This document shows positions 57,981-64,000 of a stretch of 64,000 nucleotides of DNA, in pieces. Within the stretch, counting starts at the first letter, position 1; each line of letters opens with the position of its first letter. The notes under the pieces are model-generated. The model did not search any database, had not been told where the DNA came from, and saw only the letters and a list, made by a program, of their open reading frames with translations. A program made the translations under genes and the position numbers. The stretch lies in the NCBI GenBank assembly GCA_020057295.1, contig JAGVGF010000006.1, positions 179,752 through 243,751 on the forward strand, in the 5' to 3' direction. Source of the DNA: an archaeon. GTDB taxonomy: Archaea > Nanobdellota > Nanobdellia > Woesearchaeales > UBA9642.

Positions 57981-58751
57981 TTATATCCTCTCTGCTACAT
58001 TTTTTATTAATTTATTAAAAATCCAATATGAAACAATAAATAATATACACGCCAATAAAGTAAAAATAAAAAGTGCATTGAAATTAGGAATTTTTCCATA
58101 AATAAGTATATCTCTACTAAAAGTTATAAGATAATACAAGGGATTTACATCCACAATAAAATATAAGCTTTTAGGGATAACTTCTTTAGTATAGATTATA
58201 GGAGTTAAAAACCATCCAAAAAATAGGACGTTTTTCCAGACATGTTCTATATCTCCGAAATACGAAAATAGGACCGAGAAAACCAATGAAATACTAGTTA
58301 CTAACAGCAATTCCAATAGAAAAATATAGAATATAAAAAACATAGACAAGGATAAGCTTGCAGCATATGCTACGATAACGGTTAATATAATAAATTCTAT
58401 TATATGTGAATAAAAACAACTTAATATTACTCCTAAAATCATCGACACCCTATTGGTAGAAGTTTTTTTGACAACATTCATAAAAAACCAAAATGTTTTT
58501 GATCCATCTGATGTAGCTATATTAAAAAAATTCCAATGAACAACTCCTATAAGAACATACAAAGCATAATTTGGAACGTTAGAACCGATATTCTTAGAAA
58601 ATAAGAAGTATAGTACTCCAAATAATATTAACGGGTTTATAATACTCCACAAAAAATAAAGATAAGAATGTTTGTATTTTATTTTAAAATGTGCCTTACT
58701 AAATTCAAAAATAATGTTTAGATACTTTCTAAATTCATAATTGACAATCAT
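57981..58751 (-). CDS. wzm: Polysaccharide ABC exporter permease (Wzm/TagG type)
   Basis: FKIKYKHSYLYFLWSIINP, FLTPIIY, NPLYY. Confidence 0.9.
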   Translation of the reverse strand: MIVNYEFRKYLNIIFEFSKAHFKIKYKHSYLYFLWSIINPLILFGVLYFLFSKNIGSNVPNYALYVLIGVVHWNFFNIATSDGSKTFWFFMNVVKKTSTNRVSMILGVILSCFYSHIIEFIILTVIVAYAASLSLSMFFIFYIFLLELLLVTSISLVFSVLFSYFGDIEHVWKNVLFFGWFLTPIIYTKEVIPKSLYFIVDVNPLYYLITFSRDILIYGKIPNFNALFIFTLLACILFIVSYWIFNKLIKNVAERI

Positions 58752-58814
58752 GAAATTAAGACACTAAAACAGTTTAAAAACATTATGATTAAAAGTTCCA
58801 CAAAACACAACATA

Positions 58815-60293
58815 TTATTTCACAGTGTATATATAGACACTATCTTTGGAATATACTAAATTTAAGAAATCGCAATCCATAGAAGTTCTTGAGTAAACCA
58901 AGTTATTGAATTGCTTATCGAGTAAATTCTTTTTAGTTCCACAATCTGAATTGAAGAATAGCATAACGCGACTAATATTGCTAGCTCTAAGACTAGATTC
59001 TGGAACAGCGTATACTTTGTTATAGCTTATAGGATATACCCCTAGAGCAGGAACTCCTGCAATCATAATTCTATTATTTACACCTAAGTTACTTTTTATC
59101 CAAGATAAAGCTTCATAATCGGAGTCAGAAATCATATGTGCTGGACTAAAGTTACTATCTGCCACATAATAATAATTATAGAAAGCTCCAATTAATAAAA
59201 TCAAGACTAACATAGAAATTATACTAATTGATACAAAATGATTTTTTATTTTAATAAATATTAACTCTAATGAATGATATGCTCCTATCGCTGAGAGAGG
59301 AACCATAGCAAGCATCATAAAGAATAATGATCGTTGATAAGGAAGCAATAATGTTGCTTTAAAGATAGGATAAGACAATATTGCAAAAAGCGGAAATACA
59401 AGAGTCATGAGAAGTATTCGATTATATTGCTTTTTAAACAAGAAATAAATTCCGATAATTGCAAACAATATACCAATTAAACCATATATTTGAAGCAGAG
59501 AATATTCTATTTCTTGTCCTAAAGTCCAACCTTGTTTAAAAATTAAGAAATCTTTTAACCTGGTGAATCCTGTTAAAAGAGCCATTAAAACAAACAGAGC
59601 CACACCATAATAAATATGTGTACGTTTAAGTTTTTTATTGTATAATAAGTATATAGCCAAAACTGATGTAATAAATACTGTTGCAAGAGGATAAAATATG
59701 AGTGATATAATAAAGAATACTATTGAAAAATGTCTCAAATCTTCTCTAAGATAAGTATAAAAGATTAAAAAGATTAAAAAAGTGCTTACAATTATGGGAA
59801 CAAAAAATCCTAGACTGTAAATATTTATATTGCCCTTTATTGATAAAAAAAACAATCCTGCAATTACTCCGATGTAAAAATTTTTAGTAACTCCATAAGC
59901 GAATAAGAAAATACTTAAAATAGATATAACAATGAATACCGCTGGAAGAAACTGTTGATTAAGTACAGGATCAAGACCTGTAAGAGTAAAAAACCATGCA
60001 ATAAAAAGATGAAATCCTAATTCAAAATCATCAAATTCCAAAGTTAGAGAAGGATTATTTGAATTTAAAGCAAGATAGGGATTTTTTGAGTATATTCCTT
60101 CTTTTTCCATGAAATACATTCCTTTAGCTAAGTGTGTCCATTCATCACCATGTATGGGATAAAGATATAACTGTGAAGCACACCCATTACATTTAGTATA
60201 ATCTCTATAATGTAAGCCATAAATAAGAAAAACACCAAGTATTATCACTGCTGCCAGCAGCAGATATTTAACTTTATAACCCCCACTATTCAC
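58815..60293 (-). CDS. Multi-TM GT-C-like membrane protein (putative polyprenol-dependent glycosyltransferase)
   Basis: First-loop PIHGDEWTH acidic motif, more than 10 hydrophobic segments, C-terminal soluble domain DYEALSWIK. Confidence 0.7.
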   Translation of the reverse strand: MNSGGYKVKYLLLAAVIILGVFLIYGLHYRDYTKCNGCASQLYLYPIHGDEWTHLAKGMYFMEKEGIYSKNPYLALNSNNPSLTLEFDDFELGFHLFIAWFFTLTGLDPVLNQQFLPAVFIVISILSIFLFAYGVTKNFYIGVIAGLFFLSIKGNINIYSLGFFVPIIVSTFLIFLIFYTYLREDLRHFSIVFFIISLIFYPLATVFITSVLAIYLLYNKKLKRTHIYYGVALFVLMALLTGFTRLKDFLIFKQGWTLGQEIEYSLLQIYGLIGILFAIIGIYFLFKKQYNRILLMTLVFPLFAILSYPIFKATLLLPYQRSLFFMMLAMVPLSAIGAYHSLELIFIKIKNHFVSISIISMLVLILLIGAFYNYYYVADSNFSPAHMISDSDYEALSWIKSNLGVNNRIMIAGVPALGVYPISYNKVYAVPESSLRASNISRVMLFFNSDCGTKKNLLDKQFNNLVYSRTSMDCDFLNLVYSKDSVYIYTVK

Positions 60294-60469
60294 ATAGTAA
60301 ATTAGCAGAATATCCTATATAAATTTTACTGAATAACATATTTAATCTAAACAAGATATAAGAAATATTTATAAATAACACGTCTTAGAATTATAACATA
60401 TTATAAGGCATTATAAAGACTATATCTTAAGAATTTTGCTAAAGGTATAAAGTTAATAAACATATTAAA

Positions 60470-61225
60470 ATGATTAAAAATTGGGATTTAATTAAAGAAT
60501 TAGCTTGGAGCGACTTTAAAGTAAGATATAAAGGCTCTATACTAGGAGTATTTTGGAGCTTTCTTAAACCAATATTATTATTTACAATATTTTACGTGGT
60601 GTTTTCTATAATTTTAAAAAATGATGTGGAAAATTATGCTTTATTCATACTTTTAGGAGTAATAATGTGGAATTTTCTTGTAGAATCTACGAACATAAGC
60701 ATGAATAATATGCTTGTAAAAAAAGAATTATTGAAATCTATGTATTTTTCAAGGGAAGTTTTAGTGATAAGCTCTTGTCTGAACGCACTTATTACAGCAG
60801 CATCTAATTTAATATTATTTTTTATAATAGCCATCATTCTTAAATTAGATTTTAGTCCATATGTGCTGTTTCTATTTGTTTCTATGATTTTACTATTTAT
60901 ATTAACCTTAGGAACATCTTATATTCTTGCAGCATTGTATGTTAAGTACAGAGATATTACATATATTTGGGAGGTATGTGTACAGATTGGCTTCTGGATA
61001 ACTCCCATAGTCTATGACGTAAAACTGATACCAAACAAATATTTGTATATATACATGATTAATCCTTTTGCTAGAATAATAAACGATGCACATAACGCTG
61101 TGTTATATCATACTCTGCCAAGTTTATACGGGTTAACATTAACTATAGTAATATGTGTGATCATATATTTTATAGGATATAAACTTTATAGTTATAGAAG
61201 TAAATATTTTGCTGAGGAGGTTTAA
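60470..61225 (+). CDS. wzm: Polysaccharide ABC exporter permease (Wzm), second copy
   Basis: DFKVRYKGSILGVFWSFLKP, YRDI, WITPIVY, INPF. Confidence 0.93.
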   Translation: MIKNWDLIKELAWSDFKVRYKGSILGVFWSFLKPILLFTIFYVVFSIILKNDVENYALFILLGVIMWNFLVESTNISMNNMLVKKELLKSMYFSREVLVISSCLNALITAASNLILFFIIAIILKLDFSPYVLFLFVSMILLFILTLGTSYILAALYVKYRDITYIWEVCVQIGFWITPIVYDVKLIPNKYLYIYMINPFARIINDAHNAVLYHTLPSLYGLTLTIVICVIIYFIGYKLYSYRSKYFAEEV

Positions 61226-61226
61226 A

Positions 61227-61976
61227 ATGATAAAAATAAAACACGTAACTAAATCATTCATACTACCTCATGAAAGAAAATATACCATATTTGAATATAT
61301 ATTATCATTTATAAAAATGAAGAGAGGATACGAAAAGTATTATGCATTAAGAGATATAAATTTAGACATAGAGTATGGAGAAGTAATAGGAATAATAGGA
61401 GATAATGGAAGTGGAAAATCTACTTTACTTAAAATAATAGCTAATATATTGGTGCCTGACAGCGGTGAAGTTATTACTCACGGAAAAATTTCATCCTTTA
61501 TAGAACTAGGAGTAGGATTTCAAGATGAATTAACCGCGAGAGAGAATGTATATTTGTACGGAATATTAACAGGAATGTCCAAAAAGGAAATTGCTTCTAA
61601 ATATGAAGAGATAGTAAAATATTCTGGAGTAAAAAGATTTATGGATGTTAAATTAAAAAAATTCAGTACTGGTATGAGATTAAGAGTTGCATTTTCAACA
61701 GCAATACAATCAAATCTCGACATATTAATCTTAGATGATATAATAGGTGTCGGAGATATTAATTTTCAAAAAAAATGTTTCGAAGCTTTTCAAAAATTTA
61801 AGAAAGAAAGAAAAACTATAATATTAGCTTATCATCACATCGAAGCAATAGAAAAATTATGCGATAAAGTGTTATATCTTGAAAAAGGAAGGCAAATAGC
61901 ATTTGGACCTGCACCAAAGATAGTAAAAATGTACATTGAAAGAAATGAGAAAAATAAACGCAAATCTCTCACGTAA
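61227..61976 (+). CDS. wzt: Polysaccharide ABC exporter ATPase (Wzt), second copy
   Basis: GDNGSGKST, FSTGMRLR, LILDDIIGVGD (atypical Walker B), AYHH; ATG 61227 after gaggagg. Confidence 0.9.
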   Translation: MIKIKHVTKSFILPHERKYTIFEYILSFIKMKRGYEKYYALRDINLDIEYGEVIGIIGDNGSGKSTLLKIIANILVPDSGEVITHGKISSFIELGVGFQDELTARENVYLYGILTGMSKKEIASKYEEIVKYSGVKRFMDVKLKKFSTGMRLRVAFSTAIQSNLDILILDDIIGVGDINFQKKCFEAFQKFKKERKTIILAYHHIEAIEKLCDKVLYLEKGRQIAFGPAPKIVKMYIERNEKNKRKSLT

Positions 61977-61993
61977 AACTATAACATAAAAAA

Positions 61994-62902
61994 ATGCATA
62001 TGAAATTAACTGAAAATATCATAATAAAAGTCTTAGGTAGGAGAGGAAGACTTAAAGTTGACGAATTTAGAGTCAGACACGACTTAGTTAAAGGAAAGTT
62101 TTTTACGAAAAAGAATATAATCACTCTTTTTCTTCAAAATAAACTCTATGGAAGGTTTATTCTCCCAAAACAAATCTATGGGCAAATATATAGTTGGAAG
62201 GAATGTAATGATGCTATATTTTTAAAATTTAAAAATATTAATGGTAAACGACGTACGTGTCCATTTTGTGGGTGGAGAGGAAAAATTTTTGTCACATTTC
62301 ATTCTAAATATAACAAGATAATAAACAATGGTTGCCCTAAATGCGGATCTTTTCCACGTCACAGATTACAATATTTCTACTTAAAAAAAAAACTTTCGAA
62401 TTATAAAGAGATTAACACATTAAACATTGCGCCAGAAAAATGTATGGAAAAATTTCTACAATCATATAAAAATATAAAATACATTAGTTGCGACATTAAA
62501 GCAAAAGCTATGCTCAAAGAGGATATAACTAGACTAACGTTTAAGGAGAAACAATTTGATTTAATAATCTGTAATCACGTATTAGAACATATACTGGAAG
62601 ATAAAAAAGCAATTAGAGAATTATTTCGTGTTCTTAAGAAGGATGGTTTTGCAATAATACAAGTTCCTATATCAAATACATATAAAACTCAAGAAAATAT
62701 TAGATTTACTGAGGAACAAAGAGAGAGGATATATGGCCTTAGCGATCATGTAAGATATTATGGATTAGATTTTAAAAAAAGACTTGAAAAAGCAGGATTT
62801 AAAGTAAAAGTAGACAAATTTGCTAATAAACTTCCAAAAAAATATATTGATAAATATGGTCTTGATTCGACTGAAAAAATTTATGTTTGTAAAAAGGATT
62901 AG
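61994..62902 (+). CDS. Class I SAM-dependent methyltransferase (glycan-locus type) with CxxC pairs
   Basis: CPFC...CPKCGSFPRHR, LNIAPE, FDLIICNHVLEHI, ELFRVLK, HVRYYG. Confidence 0.88.
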   Translation: MHMKLTENIIIKVLGRRGRLKVDEFRVRHDLVKGKFFTKKNIITLFLQNKLYGRFILPKQIYGQIYSWKECNDAIFLKFKNINGKRRTCPFCGWRGKIFVTFHSKYNKIINNGCPKCGSFPRHRLQYFYLKKKLSNYKEINTLNIAPEKCMEKFLQSYKNIKYISCDIKAKAMLKEDITRLTFKEKQFDLIICNHVLEHILEDKKAIRELFRVLKKDGFAIIQVPISNTYKTQENIRFTEEQRERIYGLSDHVRYYGLDFKKRLEKAGFKVKVDKFANKLPKKYIDKYGLDSTEKIYVCKKD

Positions 62903-62908
62903 ATACAA

Positions 62909-64000
62909 ATGAAAATATGCTATATAACTAGAAATTATAAGACAGAGATACCGTGGAATGGAGTGTCAACATATGTATCTACTATTGCGCCGATATTAGC
63001 AAGCAAAGGCCATGAAATACACATTATTTGCCAAGCAAAGACAAAGGAAAGGAAATATGTTAAAGAGAATATACATATTCACGCAATAACACCTTATCAA
63101 CCAAGCTACTACAATAAAGATTATAAAAATAATATTTTTTTAAAGATTCTAGATAAAATAATGGGTAGAATATTATACGCTATGTCATTCAACATAAAAT
63201 CCTATCTAATCTATCGAGATATTCAAAAAACAAAAAGATGTGACATATTGGAGTCCGAAGATGGAGGAGGAGCAGGACTTCTTCCAGCATTTGACAAAAA
63301 AACACCTGTAATAACATTTCTTCACACACCCTGGACTTTGATTGATAAATTGAATCAAAACAGAGGAGTAGATAGGATGTTAATAAAAATTTTAGAAAAA
63401 CAACAATTAAAGAGAAGCTATCAAGTTAATGCTAATAGTTTTTCTATAATAAAAAAGGTTTCAAAAGTTTTTGATATTAAATTAGATGCTAAAGTTATAA
63501 GATATCCTATTAATACATCTGAAATCAGTTTAAAAGCGGATAAAAAAAGTCCAATTTCTGGTAAGTATATGTTGTATTATGGCGCTATAGAAAAACGCAA
63601 GGGCATAATTACGCTTGTAAAAGCTATGCAAGGTGTTTTCTTAAAAGACAAAATAATAAAATTGGTGATTATAGGCAATGAACCTATAAATACTGTCAAA
63701 GAAAATAGCTTGAAAGAACATGCTTTAAAAGAATTAAGCAAATATAGTAAAAGAATAATATTTTTACCACAACAAGAACCCGATAAGATTTTTTCTATAG
63801 TAAAAAAATCATCGTGTGTTGTTCTTCCTTCAATATGGGAGGCTTTCGGATATACTTGTCTAGAAAGTATGACTCTCGGAAAAATAGTAATAGCATCAAG
63901 TGGAAGCGGATTCGAAGAACAAATAGAAACAGACGGAAAAAACGGATATCTTTTTGAACCAGAGAACCATAAAGAACTAACAACAAAAATATTACAAGTA
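62909..64000 (+). CDS. Glycosyltransferase family 4, 3' end outside the window (absent from ORF track)
   Basis: MKICYITRNY...GHEIHII, GAIEKRKG, PSIWEAFGYTCLESMTLGK, NGYLFEP. Confidence 0.9.
   Translation, partial: MKICYITRNYKTEIPWNGVSTYVSTIAPILASKGHEIHIICQAKTKERKYVKENIHIHAITPYQPSYYNKDYKNNIFLKILDKIMGRILYAMSFNIKSYLIYRDIQKTKRCDILESEDGGGAGLLPAFDKKTPVITFLHTPWTLIDKLNQNRGVDRMLIKILEKQQLKRSYQVNANSFSIIKKVSKVFDIKLDAKVIRYPINTSEISLKADKKSPISGKYMLYYGAIEKRKGIITLVKAMQGVFLKDKIIKLVIIGNEPINTVKENSLKEHALKELSKYSKRIIFLPQQEPDKIFSIVKKSSCVVLPSIWEAFGYTCLESMTLGKIVIASSGSGFEEQIETDGKNGYLFEPENHKELTTKILQV

Noticed and set aside
534-63986. Numerous 60-213 aa ORFs antisense to or out of frame within long genes (e.g. 33048-33689, 1276-1617, 24882-25270)
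   Set aside because: They lie wholly inside well-supported genes, show no motifs, and are explained by codon bias of the real frame.

Overview
AT-rich archaeal DNA, most consistent with a DPANN (Woesearchaeota/Nanobdellota-like) genome: it has an archaeal-type SecY, DUF106, rpl34e, rpl14e, RPA and TATA-box promoters. Left arm (minus strand): two large secreted Cys-rich repeat proteins flank a protein with a bacterial (Bacteroidota/Ignavibacteria-style) T9SS C-terminal sorting domain. Centre (14.2-50.1 kb, plus strand): a co-oriented cluster of about 18 proteins with class III (type IV prepilin-like) signal peptides plus a 5637-aa membrane-anchored adhesin. Five proteins of the cluster (four clear prepilin-like, one with an atypical leader) carry a beta-defensin-like six-Cys motif. 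The last gene fuses a prepilin N-terminus to an apparently intact Amidase_2 domain and an SLT-type lytic transglycosylase domain. The best candidate for a new system is therefore a pilus-like archaeal apparatus for attaching to bacteria and breaching peptidoglycan (inference; no assembly ATPase, TadC or prepilin peptidase is in the window). Right arm: a surface-glycosylation locus with two Wzm/Wzt pairs, interrupted by an unusual minus-strand cassette (Wzm, Wzt, PriS-like AEP, membrane-anchored TadA-like deaminase, divergent RlmN-like radical SAM). No rRNA, tRNA, CRISPR array or mobile element was recognised. All family assignments come from reading motifs by eye, not from database searches.
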